A stretch of DNA of 64,000 nucleotides from a virus: UHGV virus genome UHGV-0060833, one strand, 5' to 3'. This document shows, piece by piece, positions 1 through 11,102 of the stretch. The position numbers and the translations under genes were made by a program. Under the pieces are notes generated by a model, which was not told the origin of the DNA, made no database searches, and was given only the letters and a program-made list of their open reading frames with translations. The stretch's first letter is position 1, and each line of letters starts with the position of its first letter.

Positions 1-1969
1 TCTGATTACCTGCTTTATTCACGCCCGGCAGGTCGATATTGGCACTACCATCGAACGACACTCCGCCGATTGTGCGTGCTGTTTGCAGTTTTGTGGCGGT
101 GGATGCATTACCTGTCAAAGATCCACTAAGAGCCACGGCACTAAGAGACTTAACACTTACATCCTGACCCCATCCGGAAACAACAACCTGACTCCACGCT
201 GCCCAGCTTCCATTAACAACAAAGCGAACGTATATACGTTTTGTGTCGTTGCTGATCAGCGTTTGCATGTTCGCATAATCCGAAGCAGAAACTTTGCGAG
301 TCGACTCTACACGGAGCAAAAAGTTACCGTTTACGCCGTCAGGCTTGTTGGTGATATTTGCACCACCTCCAAAGGTTGGACAATAATAATATTTAATTGC
401 CCCGACATCTGAGCTGATGGTCAGGTTGTTAAGATCAACCGTCTGGTCGCCAATTTTTTCCGGCTCGATGGCTCCTGCTATCCCGGCACTGAATGTAGCA
501 GCAGCTGAAAACGCTGTCTTACCTTTGAAAGTCTGTTGAGAACTCCAGGTATTAGCTGTGCTCAACAGGGGGATCTTTTCGCCGCTGGTTCCGATTTCTC
601 TTAAACCAAGGTATTGGATAACAGCCAGTGTGCTTGTTTTAGCCAGGATATCGCGACCGACTGACGTTAAATCAGTCTGGGAAACAGTGTCTGTACCGGT
701 AAAGTACGGCAATTTATTTGCGCCTGTCGCAAGACCAGCAAGCGCGGTTAAAGTTGCATCCAGAGGCTGTTTGCCTGCCAGCGCATTTGTCATTGTTGTC
801 GCAAAGTTCGGGTCATTGCCCAGTGCTGCTGCAAGCTCATTCAGGGTATCAAGAGCTTCAGGTGATGAGCCGACCAATGCAGAGATAGCAGCTCTTACAT
901 AAGCGGTCGTAGCAATCTGCGTGTTATTCGTACCCTGTGCAGCGGTAGGCGCAGTAGGTATTCCCGTTAATGCAGGACTTGCTAAAGGAGCTTTAAGAGC
1001 CAGAGCATTGTTGATAGTTGTGCTGAAATTCGGGTCGTTATTGATCGCAGCAGCTATTTCTTTAAGCGTATCCAGAGTGCCAGGTGCACCGTTGATAAGT
1101 GCCGTTATAGCTGCCTTAACAAAGGCTGTATTTGCGATCTGCGTGCTGTTTGTACCTTGCGCTGCCGTCGGCGCGGTTGGCGTTCCTGTCAGACTCGGGC
1201 TTTCTATTGGCGCTTTGGTATCAGCCAGCTCTTTTACAGACTTAACGGCTTTAGGGGTAGCCGCCATTGTTTCGCTGTCGCTGTTAGTTGCGCTACTGAG
1301 CTGAACTAATCCCTTTTGTGTTGTGCTTGCATCCTGCGCCGTATACTTGCTTTTAGCCAGATCGTAGGCTTTTTTAACCGCCAGCGAACTTGCAGCGACA
1401 TCACTTCTGGTACTGGTTACAGAGTCGGAAATTTCAATGCCTATCGCGAGATCGATGCGGTCGGATACATCTATCATTTCCTTAGTAATAGCAGATACGC
1501 CAGCAGGGATATTCACCGTACAAACAAGCAGTTCTCCATCTCCTAACTGATATGAATCGGTATAGGTTCTGGCAACAAATTCAGCCGCATGAATATGTGA
1601 CGCGGTATTAACCTGATAAGAATCTTCTCCAAGGAGGTATCTTCCCTTCAGCACAATTGCATATTTCTTACCTGCGCTAAGTGCAAGAGAAATATCCTTA
1701 CGCTGCTGAATAGTTACCTGGTAGAATTCACCAATATTCACTGACGCCGCGCCAGCGGTTTTATCACCATCCACTGAGGTGATTAACAGGTTCATCCCAC
1801 CGCCAGGCTTAGGAAAAAAACCGGCATAAAATCCAGGGTCAACAATTCCCCTGAATTTTCGGTTTAGCGCGGCTGACAGATATGGTTCGTGGTATTGCAC
1901 ATCAGCCACCAGAGCCAACGACTCGGGTGATGGGTAAGTAACCGATGTGACAACTGTAACGTCATTCAT
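1..1969 (-). CDS. S: Tail fibre protein, N-terminal part (P1 S-like); 3' end lies beyond the window start
   Basis: Minus-strand frame from ATG at 1969 stays open to position 1. Translation (MNDVTVVTSVTYPSPESL...) has two copies of a fibre-type repeat (TG.PTAPTAAQGTN.TQIA.TA.V...LDTL.E.AAA..NDPNF). Plus-strand ORFs 83-1546 are antisense artefacts. Confidence 0.75.
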   Translation of the reverse strand, partial: MNDVTVVTSVTYPSPESLALVADVQYHEPYLSAALNRKFRGIVDPGFYAGFFPKPGGGMNLLITSVDGDKTAGAASVNIGEFYQVTIQQRKDISLALSAGKKYAIVLKGRYLLGEDSYQVNTASHIHAAEFVARTYTDSYQLGDGELLVCTVNIPAGVSAITKEMIDVSDRIDLAIGIEISDSVTSTRSDVAASSLAVKKAYDLAKSKYTAQDASTTQKGLVQLSSATNSDSETMAATPKAVKSVKELADTKAPIESPSLTGTPTAPTAAQGTNSTQIANTAFVKAAITALINGAPGTLDTLKEIAAAINNDPNFSTTINNALALKAPLASPALTGIPTAPTAAQGTNNTQIATTAYVRAAISALVGSSPEALDTLNELAAALGNDPNFATTMTNALAGKQPLDATLTALAGLATGANKLPYFTGTDTVSQTDLTSVGRDILAKTSTLAVIQYLGLREIGTSGEKIPLLSTANTWSSQQTFKGKTAFSAAATFSAGIAGAIEPEKIGDQTVDLNNLTISSDVGAIKYYYCPTFGGGANITNKPDGVNGNFLLRVESTRKVSASDYANMQTLISNDTKRIYVRFVVNGSWAAWSQVVVSGWGQDVSVKSLSAVALSGSLTGNASTATKLQTARTIGGVSFDGSANIDLPGVNKAGNQ

Positions 1970-1980
1970 CAAGCATATCC

Positions 1981-2415
1981 TTATGCTGTAGTCGTGTTTA
2001 TGGCCATAACTGCGGTATATGTTTTGCCCACATACAGCGAGTCTTCCTGGACACAAATAATGGCGATTGGCTTGTTCTCGTTATCCAGAACAACCAGAGT
2101 GTTGAATGGGTAGTTTTTCCCTTTCTGCAACTGGCTTTGATCAAGGTCCATTCGGACAGTAATTATCCCGCCTGAGTAGGTTGGGACGAGGTTGATGGTG
2201 CAAAATTTACTGGTCAGTTCTGCCAGCTCGAAAGCCTTTGGCAGTTCTCCAATCTCATAAGTGCCATCTCCTTTCTTAGTAACCAGTGAACTGGTACCGA
2301 AAACGGCCTTGCTGATTAAAAATCGAGAGCCTTTGTTAATGGACGATTCAGCGCGCCGCTGATAGTAATAGTCCAACAACTGACTCTTATAGAGGTTTGT
2401 TGAGACGTCAGACAT
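1981..2415 (-). CDS. Tail-fibre-associated protein (P1 R-like by position)
   Basis: 144-aa ORF ending 12 nt upstream of the fibre gene start; same operon and strand. Confidence 0.5.
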   Translation of the reverse strand: MSDVSTNLYKSQLLDYYYQRRAESSINKGSRFLISKAVFGTSSLVTKKGDGTYEIGELPKAFELAELTSKFCTINLVPTYSGGIITVRMDLDQSQLQKGKNYPFNTLVVLDNENKPIAIICVQEDSLYVGKTYTAVMAINTTTA

Positions 2416-2493
2416 GATTTTCCCTAATCAATGTTGTGAAGCCTCATTGTAAGAGAAGTAACTTGTCACCCCGCCCTGCGGACGGGGTGATTG

Positions 2494-3333
2494 TCAGGCG
2501 TCGCTATCCAGCAACAAATCATCTGCGCGTGTGCGATCAAACGTAGGTGTCGCTTTCACAATAGTGCCACCAGGCGTTGCGGTGATCGGGGCGCTAATCG
2601 ACGTAACTCCAGTAAGCGAAGTTGTATCCGAAGTTTCAAACCAGCAGTACGCTTTTTCGGTATCAGAAATCTCGTTCAAAGTGATCATGTCGGCCTGTTC
2701 ATTCACAACAACCGACAAATAGAGCGTAAGCCCATCAAACACTATATGCAGTGGCAGTAGAGGCTTTACGAACTGATTAAACTTTCTGAGAATTTCTTCT
2801 GTAATTGCGGACTGATCTATCGTGCCAGTAATACCCATTGTCCGGGCCAGGTCGTTTATGGGAATACTGATCATCCCTCTGGAAGTCAGAAACATCTCAC
2901 CGAATGTGCCGCCGGTAGTTTCCAGTGTGCTTTCTGGTATTAGAACTGTGCCATAGGGATGACGTTCAAGGTCCACCGGTGCATATATCGGATCCCATAA
3001 AACAGAAATACCATTAAATTCGCGGTAAATTGTCTGGTTTATAGGGCGTTCAGTCCCCTTAAAGTGAATCTCATCAAGCCGCTGTTGTAACAACATCGGA
3101 ACGGAAGATGAGTTTGAGGTTCTGATAGTAAAGAACTGGCCAAGTTCATTTGTCCTGGTCTCCAGATCCTCCTTGCTCATGGAAAAAATAGACTTCCGGT
3201 TGGTAATTCGCTCCAACCATGGGTCAACAAAGGTATCCATCATTGACTGAACCAAATCAGCCAATGATTTATAGAGCAATGACTTTTGCTTAGCTGATGT
3301 AAGCCGGTTATTAAACCAGGAACGCTGCATCAC
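2494..3333 (-). CDS. Baseplate/tail protein (P1 gene 16-like by position)
   Basis: 279-aa ORF; 4-nt overlap with the upstream gene; minus-strand late operon. Confidence 0.5.
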   Translation of the reverse strand: MMQRSWFNNRLTSAKQKSLLYKSLADLVQSMMDTFVDPWLERITNRKSIFSMSKEDLETRTNELGQFFTIRTSNSSSVPMLLQQRLDEIHFKGTERPINQTIYREFNGISVLWDPIYAPVDLERHPYGTVLIPESTLETTGGTFGEMFLTSRGMISIPINDLARTMGITGTIDQSAITEEILRKFNQFVKPLLPLHIVFDGLTLYLSVVVNEQADMITLNEISDTEKAYCWFETSDTTSLTGVTSISAPITATPGGTIVKATPTFDRTRADDLLLDSDA

Positions 3334-4763
3334 TCCTCCTCATACGAAATATTAAAGGTGGAGTTTTCTGTATCCAGATAAACGAAATCGTAAAAGCCGT
3401 TGGACTCATTCCACTCGACAAATTCCAGATAAAAGTCGCGGAAATAACCCAGCGTTTCGATAAATGCCCAAACGTCTTTTTTCTTGATCAGGATGTACTT
3501 GCCGACACCGTTCGGATCAAAGAAATTTGAGTCGCGCCCAAATTTTGTTTCCAGCGCCGACTTCAGCTCATCAGTCACGTTCTCAATGGTCAGGCTTGCC
3601 GATATCCGCCCGGTGATGGTGATCTTAAAGGGTAGTTTTCTGACCTCTTTATACGAGAATTTCTTGTTCAACTCATTCGGCACCTTCTTAAAGGCAGCCA
3701 GGATCATTTCTTCAAGCTCTGACTGGCTTTTGTTTGGATGCCATCCTGAAATAAATATCTTATTGATATTCCGGACATTATAAGCACCATCTAATTTCTC
3801 TTGCTGGCCTTCGCCCCATGCCTTTACCCAGGACAGTCCCGGGATGTTACGCACCAGAAAATACGTATAGTCCCCGCCCCATACGACCTGATCATCATAG
3901 GCAAGGTAATATTGTGCACGATTACGTGTGATCTCCGTTGTTTCGGCATCGGTACCTGCGGTTATGGGTGTCGTTGTCTTAACTGAAATCAAATTAGCTA
4001 AATTAGCCGCAGAATCGACAGGCGTCAGATTTTGGCCAGCAACCAAGGTTATATCTCCGTTGGTGCACCATACCTTAAGTGTAATGGTCGAGCCTTCTGG
4101 CGGTATTTGCCCAATTAGCCCATCACCGAATCGAACCCCCAACTGCTCGGATGGTTTATAAAACTCAACGTAGACCTGGCTTTTACTACCGGCTAACCGG
4201 AACATAGTGCTGGAAGACCACTGCGTGGTCTTACCATCGGTCGTCACGAATACTTCCAGCTTATAGCAGACAGCAGTGAGAGCCTTTGATAACACGACTT
4301 CCAGAAATTCTTTGGCTGCCGTAACGGTATATGTCACCTCCTGGATTTCCAACTGTGCCACTTCTACCGTACCGGTGCCGTCAACCAACCTGCATACATC
4401 CATAGTCATGTAAGGGTACTGGTCGTCAGATATTAAAGGCATGTTTTTGGGGATTACCGCTGGGGCATCTTCACTTGTGGCGGTGATCTCAATCATCCCC
4501 GATGACGGTGTTGGCTTGGTACCAACGTAACTATTCGTTTCTGCCGCTGCCAAGATAGAGGAACGCCGCGTCGCGGTCGATATAAAGCCTTCAGCCAGCG
4601 CCGCATCGGCATACTGAAAGCACCTGTAGACAATCTGGGTAATAAACAATGTCAGCATCGAGACAAATTGAGAGCCGACAAACTTCGACCAGAATGAATC
4701 TTTCTCGACAAGCTCTTCAAACTCTGCACGAATACTGTCTTTAGTCGGTGTTGTTTTACTCAT
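3330..4763 (-). CDS. Baseplate protein (P1 BplA-like by position)
   Basis: 477-aa ORF; stop/start overlaps with both neighbours. Confidence 0.5.
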   Translation of the reverse strand: MSKTTPTKDSIRAEFEELVEKDSFWSKFVGSQFVSMLTLFITQIVYRCFQYADAALAEGFISTATRRSSILAAAETNSYVGTKPTPSSGMIEITATSEDAPAVIPKNMPLISDDQYPYMTMDVCRLVDGTGTVEVAQLEIQEVTYTVTAAKEFLEVVLSKALTAVCYKLEVFVTTDGKTTQWSSSTMFRLAGSKSQVYVEFYKPSEQLGVRFGDGLIGQIPPEGSTITLKVWCTNGDITLVAGQNLTPVDSAANLANLISVKTTTPITAGTDAETTEITRNRAQYYLAYDDQVVWGGDYTYFLVRNIPGLSWVKAWGEGQQEKLDGAYNVRNINKIFISGWHPNKSQSELEEMILAAFKKVPNELNKKFSYKEVRKLPFKITITGRISASLTIENVTDELKSALETKFGRDSNFFDPNGVGKYILIKKKDVWAFIETLGYFRDFYLEFVEWNESNGFYDFVYLDTENSTFNISYEEE

Positions 4764-5119
4764 AGCACCACGTCCTGTGTGATAGTTATATCCCTGATAC
4801 GAATGGATATTTTCAACTTATCAAAAGCATCTCCCTCGGCTACTGACAAGCCAGAAATCGGTATGTCAGATAAATCTACCGTCAGTTTTTGCAACAGCAT
4901 TGCCTCAACCGCAATTTGAACATGCGACAAGTTGGTCGGTTCGTGTTTAAACTGCGGTAAAACATTGCCCCATGACGGATCTCCGTATACCTCACCCTGA
5001 TAAGTGTTTAGCCACTCATATAAACGAGCGCCCCAGGCCTCCTCCTGGGACTCATACGTTTTTACGCCGGATAACTCCAGCGTCAGCAAAGGATCAATTT
5101 CGTTATTGTTGGCCATCAA
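4760..5119 (-). CDS. Small structural/morphogenetic protein (P1 PmgA-like by position)
   Basis: 119-aa ORF overlapping neighbours by 4 nt on each side. Confidence 0.45.
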   Translation of the reverse strand: MMANNNEIDPLLTLELSGVKTYESQEEAWGARLYEWLNTYQGEVYGDPSWGNVLPQFKHEPTNLSHVQIAVEAMLLQKLTVDLSDIPISGLSVAEGDAFDKLKISIRIRDITITQDVVL

Positions 5120-8100
5120 TCAACTCTCGCGTAGTCATTCATCAACGGATCATCAATTGACAGTGGTACCGTGCGCATAACGCCCGGCTGAGGCGTGCTG
5201 ACCTTTACGACAGTTCCCTGGCCTTTCGCCGAGTCTTTGGTGTGCTCTTCAATCCTGGCAAGTAATGAGGTCATCTGCGCAAACAGCCGCTTCGTTTCAC
5301 CATCAAGTGAAACGGTATTATCAGCCAACTGCATTGTCGGCTTGGCACCGGAACCACCAAGGTCACTAATAACCTGTCCGTCTATCTGCATACGACCGGT
5401 TGGTTGCTGCAAATCGTTGGCGGCAGTCGTCACCTGGGACGTGGAGGCTGGTTCAGGCGCATTATTTTTCCGCATCCCCGGCGAGTTGCGGAGTTTATCG
5501 AATAGTCCATCAATCCCCATTTGTGCGCCGAGTTGGTCAAAGTAACTTGAGTTGCTGGTCACCGGACGCGCCTCTTCAACTGGCATCGGAGTATCAACAT
5601 ACACATTGCCAGCTGCTGTTGCGGTCCCCTTCCCTCGTGCACGTTCTTCGAGCGTTCCCTGAACGACTTCCCGACGCATACCCCGGCCATTCATGAATTT
5701 GTTGACCAGATCGTTAACGCCAACAGCATTGCCGATTTTGTCTACCAGACCGCCTTTCTCAAACGGGCTATCACCAGGGGTAAACGCCAGGCCAGTAGAC
5801 TGATCGATAACAGCGTTATCAGGCAGTGGTCCCCTCACTCCATATTGCGCCCCACCCTGTGCTCCTGCTCCAGGTGTATAGATTTCACCACCTAAATAGC
5901 GAGCACGATGAGTATTGACCTTGATCGCGTACTCACGGTTTTCTTTCGATAAGTCACCTGTGCCTTTTTTCCACTTATTGATAGTGCCAAACCCAGCGTT
6001 ATATGCAGTGATGGCCTCGTTTAAGTCTCCATTGGCTTGCTTCAGATACTTGCTCATGAGAAGAGCCGCAGCTTCTGCCGATTTCACAGGATCAAACGAT
6101 TCACCTTCAGCTAAGCCAGTCTCTTCACGAGCAATCCCCGTGAACTGAAACATTCCCAGAGCACCGGTTTGGGATTTTGCATACGGATTACCACCAGATT
6201 CAGTTGCAGCAATCGCGTAAAGAGTGCCTTCTGGAAGACCATATTTATTCTCTAGTTCAGCAAAATACGGAGCCAACTTATCGAGATTTGCCTTACCTTC
6301 AGATCCAAGACTTCCGACTTTTACATCCAAGCGGCCATTGTTGTAGGTATCCGCAGCTTTCTGAATGTCATTCCTGGTGCCAGTGGTATTAAGCGACGAT
6401 GATGACGAGCTATTTTGACCAATAGCTTTATCAATTTTCTGCAACGCGCTATTGCCCGTTTCTGCGGCATTTGCATTGATAATCTGATTCGCAGTTTCTT
6501 TAACTGTTTTATTGCTATCTTTCGCCGTGTCCAGTGCCGCATTTATCACGCGGGTAACAATATTAGTCTGTTTGGCATCGGATTCAGTTTTAGAATCAGA
6601 TGTCTCCTGGTGGCTATTAACCGGAGCTTTTAACTCTGGAGCGATTTCTTTCGCATTAGCCTCGCTATTAACCGGAGCTTTTAACTCTGGAGCGATTTCT
6701 TTCGCATTAGCCTCGCCGATCGGATTGGGTATTTTTGATACAATCATTGCCGCAGGGGTATTTTTAACGGCATCAACCGCTGCATCTAATGCTTTACCAG
6801 GTAAATTTTTAACCCCATCCCAAATATTACCAGCCGCCTCTTTAATGTGTTTCCCTGGGTTCTTAATGAAATCAATTGCACTATCAATTGCATCACTGAA
6901 AACCTGTTTCAGGTTATCAACAGTAAAGAAGTCTTTGATGGCATCCAGCTTTTCAAGCAGCTTATTAGATGTATCGCTAAACCATGCTGAAACAGCATCA
7001 CCAATCTTTGCTGTGTAATCTTCGAACTTGGTAGAAATGGTGTCGCCAAGGTTAGAAATATATGTTTCTAAGTTGGTAATCCCACTATCAATGGCCTGGG
7101 CAATACTTTCCGTCGAAAATGATTGCAACATATTGCCGATATCCTCAAATCCAAGTGATTTGAGAACCTCACCAATGGCGCTGCTAATACCAGATACCAG
7201 TCCCCCCATATCAAGAACATTGGCTAACGTATAAGCGGCTTTTTGCTGGAATGATGGATCTTGTCCTGATTTAAGCCCAAACGCTCGACGTTGCGCTTCT
7301 GTATCATTCCAACCGGTTACCGCATCATAAATACCTCCAGCCACTGTGCCGACTAAGGGAATTGCGCGTAACGCCCCTTTACCAACTGCCTTTAATCCAA
7401 GTTTACCTGCTGCCCGGGCAGCCAAATCTCCACCTTCATGGGCGATAGTCTTCTTGCCACCACCGCGTAGCATTCCTACAAGTTTCTTTGCCCCCAGAGC
7501 GCCAAAAGCGAGTGCTCCAGCTTTTTTCAGCATGCCACGCCCCATTAACAACGACGCGACGCCACCGGCCCCCTTCCCTAACAGGCTAAATAGTTTGGAC
7601 AGCAAGCCGCCCTTCTTTTTCCCGGTGTTTTTGGCTATCTGATCAAGGGCGCTGAGAATCTTGTCATTGCCCTCTTTAATTTCGCTGGTCTGCTCCTGAA
7701 GTTCCTGAACTGTCCGTTTTTGGGTGTTAACCTGAACGACATCGGCACTATTTTGCGATTTACGCCTAAAAAAACCTTTTCTACGGCTGTTATCGTCATT
7801 GCCACGAATCACATCGGCAATAGACTTTCTGGCACCATTAAGCGATCCACCAACTTCTTTTGATATCCCGCCAAGCTCCTTCCCTGCTGCCCACAATGGA
7901 CCAGCAACGGCATAACCTAACGCATCAACGGCACGAGTCTCTGAAGGGTTACCTATGCCTTCAGCTACTTTTGACAGTTTTTTTAATAAACCTGATTCAG
8001 CATTTAGACGCTCATCATCCTCTTTGCGCCTGGCCTTTTCAGCACGTTCAGCACGGGCATCTTCCGCTGCGGCCTTACTCCCTGACTTTCCAATAAAACG

Positions 8101-8856
8101 ACCACGCGCATCGCGTTGGTTTTGGCTTTTTTGCGCACCGCCTTTTTGATCGAACATTTCGCGAGCGTGTTCGGCTGCTTCGGTCCGTTGCGCCTTTACA
8201 TCTTCTGTTATAGCCTTCTTGCGTCGTTTTTTACCCTTTCGCGTAGTTGATTTGGCCTGCGGTTCCTGTAGAGCAACATCCTCCTGAACTACACGAGAAA
8301 CGTCCCCTAAATTAAGCCGTTTCATTGCCTCAACAATAGGGTCCACTGATGGCGCATTGGCCACAAAGTCTGGCCGGGAATTTTCGATTGTTCGATTTAA
8401 TGCCGACACACTGCGAGATACTGGGTCAACCGTTGCAACGCGTTCCCCTTTCAAATCACGAGCGAGTTTGACCGTTTCTAACCGCTGTGCTTTAACATCC
8501 TCTGTTATTGCCTCTCTTCGTCTATTTGGGGGATTGTGCGCTGTTGGTGCAGCCTGCTGTTCACGGTTAGTGACTTTGTCCTCCCGTATACGAGAAACGT
8601 CCCCTAAATTAAGCCGTTTTATTGCGTCAACAATAGGGTCCACTGATGGCGCATTGGTCACAAAGTCAGGACGTGAATTTTCGATTGTGCGATTTAATGC
8701 CGACACACTGCGAGATACTGGGTCAACAGTTGCAACGCGTTCCCCTTTCAAATCTTCAACAGCTTCCCGAATACCTGCAAGCTCTTCCAGCTCTTTCGCG
8801 CTGGCGGTTTCAACTGTCCTTATAACATCGTCAATATTGGCGTTTTTTCTTTCCAT
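5116..8856 (-). CDS. sit: Sit-like virion transglycosylase with soluble lytic transglycosylase domain
   Basis: 1246-aa ORF; SLT motif AIAATESGGNPYAKSQTGALGMFQF; Gly/Ala/Lys-rich central region; internal repeats. Confidence 0.8.
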   Translation of the reverse strand: MERKNANIDDVIRTVETASAKELEELAGIREAVEDLKGERVATVDPVSRSVSALNRTIENSRPDFVTNAPSVDPIVDAIKRLNLGDVSRIREDKVTNREQQAAPTAHNPPNRRREAITEDVKAQRLETVKLARDLKGERVATVDPVSRSVSALNRTIENSRPDFVANAPSVDPIVEAMKRLNLGDVSRVVQEDVALQEPQAKSTTRKGKKRRKKAITEDVKAQRTEAAEHAREMFDQKGGAQKSQNQRDARGRFIGKSGSKAAAEDARAERAEKARRKEDDERLNAESGLLKKLSKVAEGIGNPSETRAVDALGYAVAGPLWAAGKELGGISKEVGGSLNGARKSIADVIRGNDDNSRRKGFFRRKSQNSADVVQVNTQKRTVQELQEQTSEIKEGNDKILSALDQIAKNTGKKKGGLLSKLFSLLGKGAGGVASLLMGRGMLKKAGALAFGALGAKKLVGMLRGGGKKTIAHEGGDLAARAAGKLGLKAVGKGALRAIPLVGTVAGGIYDAVTGWNDTEAQRRAFGLKSGQDPSFQQKAAYTLANVLDMGGLVSGISSAIGEVLKSLGFEDIGNMLQSFSTESIAQAIDSGITNLETYISNLGDTISTKFEDYTAKIGDAVSAWFSDTSNKLLEKLDAIKDFFTVDNLKQVFSDAIDSAIDFIKNPGKHIKEAAGNIWDGVKNLPGKALDAAVDAVKNTPAAMIVSKIPNPIGEANAKEIAPELKAPVNSEANAKEIAPELKAPVNSHQETSDSKTESDAKQTNIVTRVINAALDTAKDSNKTVKETANQIINANAAETGNSALQKIDKAIGQNSSSSSSLNTTGTRNDIQKAADTYNNGRLDVKVGSLGSEGKANLDKLAPYFAELENKYGLPEGTLYAIAATESGGNPYAKSQTGALGMFQFTGIAREETGLAEGESFDPVKSAEAAALLMSKYLKQANGDLNEAITAYNAGFGTINKWKKGTGDLSKENREYAIKVNTHRARYLGGEIYTPGAGAQGGAQYGVRGPLPDNAVIDQSTGLAFTPGDSPFEKGGLVDKIGNAVGVNDLVNKFMNGRGMRREVVQGTLEERARGKGTATAAGNVYVDTPMPVEEARPVTSNSSYFDQLGAQMGIDGLFDKLRNSPGMRKNNAPEPASTSQVTTAANDLQQPTGRMQIDGQVISDLGGSGAKPTMQLADNTVSLDGETKRLFAQMTSLLARIEEHTKDSAKGQGTVVKVSTPQPGVMRTVPLSIDDPLMNDYARVD
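6616..6717. repeat. Perfect-looking 51-bp tandem duplication inside sit
   Basis: attaaccggagcttttaactctggagcgatttctttcgcattagcctcgc occurs twice back to back; encodes a duplicated 17-aa unit (NAKEIAPELKAPVNSEA). Confidence 0.8.
8292..8753. repeat. Two copies of a ~165-bp direct repeat inside sit (8292-8455 and 8590-8753)
   Basis: Near-identical DNA blocks about 298 bp apart; protein shows ...KGERVATVDPVSRSVSALNRTIENSRPDFV.NAPSVDPIV.A.KRLNLGDVSR... twice. Confidence 0.75.
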
Positions 8857-8937
8857 GATCTTATCGCCTACCGTTTCGGTTTAAGTTTTTCTTCCAGTTT
8901 CTCCAACAGGAAAAACGCATAGGATTCAGTAAGCCTT

Positions 8938-9819
8938 TCAGCGTCCTGAATCGGTATACCCCCATACAAAACCAGGTTGGACACTAAGGTCTGATAGCTT
9001 TTCAATCCCCACCTGTGGAATGAAGTCGGTAGCCCGAAAGGGCACCCACAGACGGGTATATGCACCCTCTGTGGACTCCTTTTTATCCTGATTTGGGCAT
9101 TTATGCGGCGGGAGACGAAGACGCATTTCACCTTTATCGATGTAGCACGGTAAACCATGTTCGAGCTTTTCATGAGCCAGTCGGATGTGTGCCGCCAGCT
9201 TCATAAATTCAGTATCAATGGCCATCCGTTTAATCGTTTCATAACGACGCTCAGCCTGATCTTCACGAGTACCGCTAACATCGTTATAAAGCTCACACTG
9301 ATAAGCGAATTCCCAAAAACGCAAATCAACGATCGCTTCTTTGAATTCCGCGTCGTCTTCAGGTGGCAATGCTGCACGGCGCATCTCCAGCATTTCCATT
9401 GCCCAACCATCAAGCGGCACGATACGCCATTGATAAGGTACTCCCTCTACAGACACCTCAATATCGTCAATGAAAGGTTCCACTTCCAGGACCTGGATAT
9501 CTTCAGCCAGAGCATTCATATCGCAATCGTAATAATGCTCTTTACCGCAATGTTTACAGGTGTAGGTGAATGTCTCGACCGGTGTTTCACGGGAGCCGGT
9601 AAATATCCACCATAACGCGGTAATCCGGTCCTGCGCCGTCCATGTCAGGGGATCATGTTTCGCGGGTTCAGCCAGCAAGGCTTTTAAATACGCCGTTGTC
9701 TGTTGTTCTTGTTCCTCCGGTGTTATCGAGTTGAAACGCATCGCATCAGCAATATTTGGCTGACGGAACTGGATCAATTCAGTTGGCCGCGATGGTAGCG
9801 GGAAAAGAGGTAAAAGCAT
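8938..9819 (-). CDS. Hypothetical late protein (P1 PmgB-like by position)
   Basis: 293-aa ORF immediately upstream of sit, same strand; CxxC motif (CKHCGKEHYYDCD). Confidence 0.5.
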   Translation of the reverse strand: MLLPLFPLPSRPTELIQFRQPNIADAMRFNSITPEEQEQQTTAYLKALLAEPAKHDPLTWTAQDRITALWWIFTGSRETPVETFTYTCKHCGKEHYYDCDMNALAEDIQVLEVEPFIDDIEVSVEGVPYQWRIVPLDGWAMEMLEMRRAALPPEDDAEFKEAIVDLRFWEFAYQCELYNDVSGTREDQAERRYETIKRMAIDTEFMKLAAHIRLAHEKLEHGLPCYIDKGEMRLRLPPHKCPNQDKKESTEGAYTRLWVPFRATDFIPQVGIEKLSDLSVQPGFVWGYTDSGR

Positions 9820-9833
9820 CCTTGCTCCTTAAT

Positions 9834-10445
9834 TCAAAGAGAAAAGCTAAAGCCCAGAAGGGAAGCCAAAGAACTTGAGGATTGGTTAAACGTGCTGTGC
9901 AATGCGAAGGTCATTGGGAATGACTTAAATTCAGTAACCTGATCTCGCGCATAGGTGACATCGCCGGTAGTGACCGGGAATACCGTCATCTCATTTTCCA
10001 GTTTGGTTAAGCCGGAAGACAGCAACCGATAAATACGCACATTGAGCAAATATTTAGACGGTATATTCCCGGTACCGTCCGGATTGATCACCCGACTTTT
10101 TGCCGTCTTAAACCAGTCCAAAACGAGGCCATCAACGGTATCCCTGACCATCATTGTTATCTGCCCAGGCGAACGCTCCGTTGGTTGAAGGATATTCCCT
10201 CCGCCGATTTTAATCGTTTCATATTCGATGCTGTAATCGTGGTAGGTAATATCTTTGGCAAAGAAGTCTGCCCCCTCCAGTCCATCAACTTCGACAGAGA
10301 ACTGCCATCCTTGCGCGAACAGCATTTTGTTCATGATGATTGACGTCAGCTTACCAACTTCCCGTTCACCAACGCCGGAGCCAAATAATGTCGTCGTTAA
10401 TGCCGAAGATACATAAGACTTTACTGAAGCAACATTAAACCCCAT
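9834..10445 (-). CDS. Hypothetical structural protein
   Basis: 203-aa ORF, tightly packed in the late operon. Confidence 0.5.
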   Translation of the reverse strand: MGFNVASVKSYVSSALTTTLFGSGVGEREVGKLTSIIMNKMLFAQGWQFSVEVDGLEGADFFAKDITYHDYSIEYETIKIGGGNILQPTERSPGQITMMVRDTVDGLVLDWFKTAKSRVINPDGTGNIPSKYLLNVRIYRLLSSGLTKLENEMTVFPVTTGDVTYARDQVTEFKSFPMTFALHSTFNQSSSSLASLLGFSFSL

Positions 10446-10455
10446 ATCAGCCCTC

Positions 10456-11046
<591 letters not shown>

Positions 11047-11102
11047 TTAACAGATTCTACGAGTTGTCATTTGTGACAGTATGCTCGCAATCGTAGTGAT
11101 TA

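Noticed and set aside
83-1546. Plus-strand ORFs 83-412, 558-902, 921-1304 and 1316-1546 with Ala/Val/Gly-rich products
   Set aside because: They are antisense to the minus-strand tail fibre gene, whose frame is open across the whole region and encodes recognisable fibre repeats. The products are low-complexity and lack ribosome-binding sites.
8357-8884. Plus-strand ORF with an internally duplicated protein sequence
   Set aside because: Antisense to sit; the duplication simply mirrors the direct repeat inside sit.
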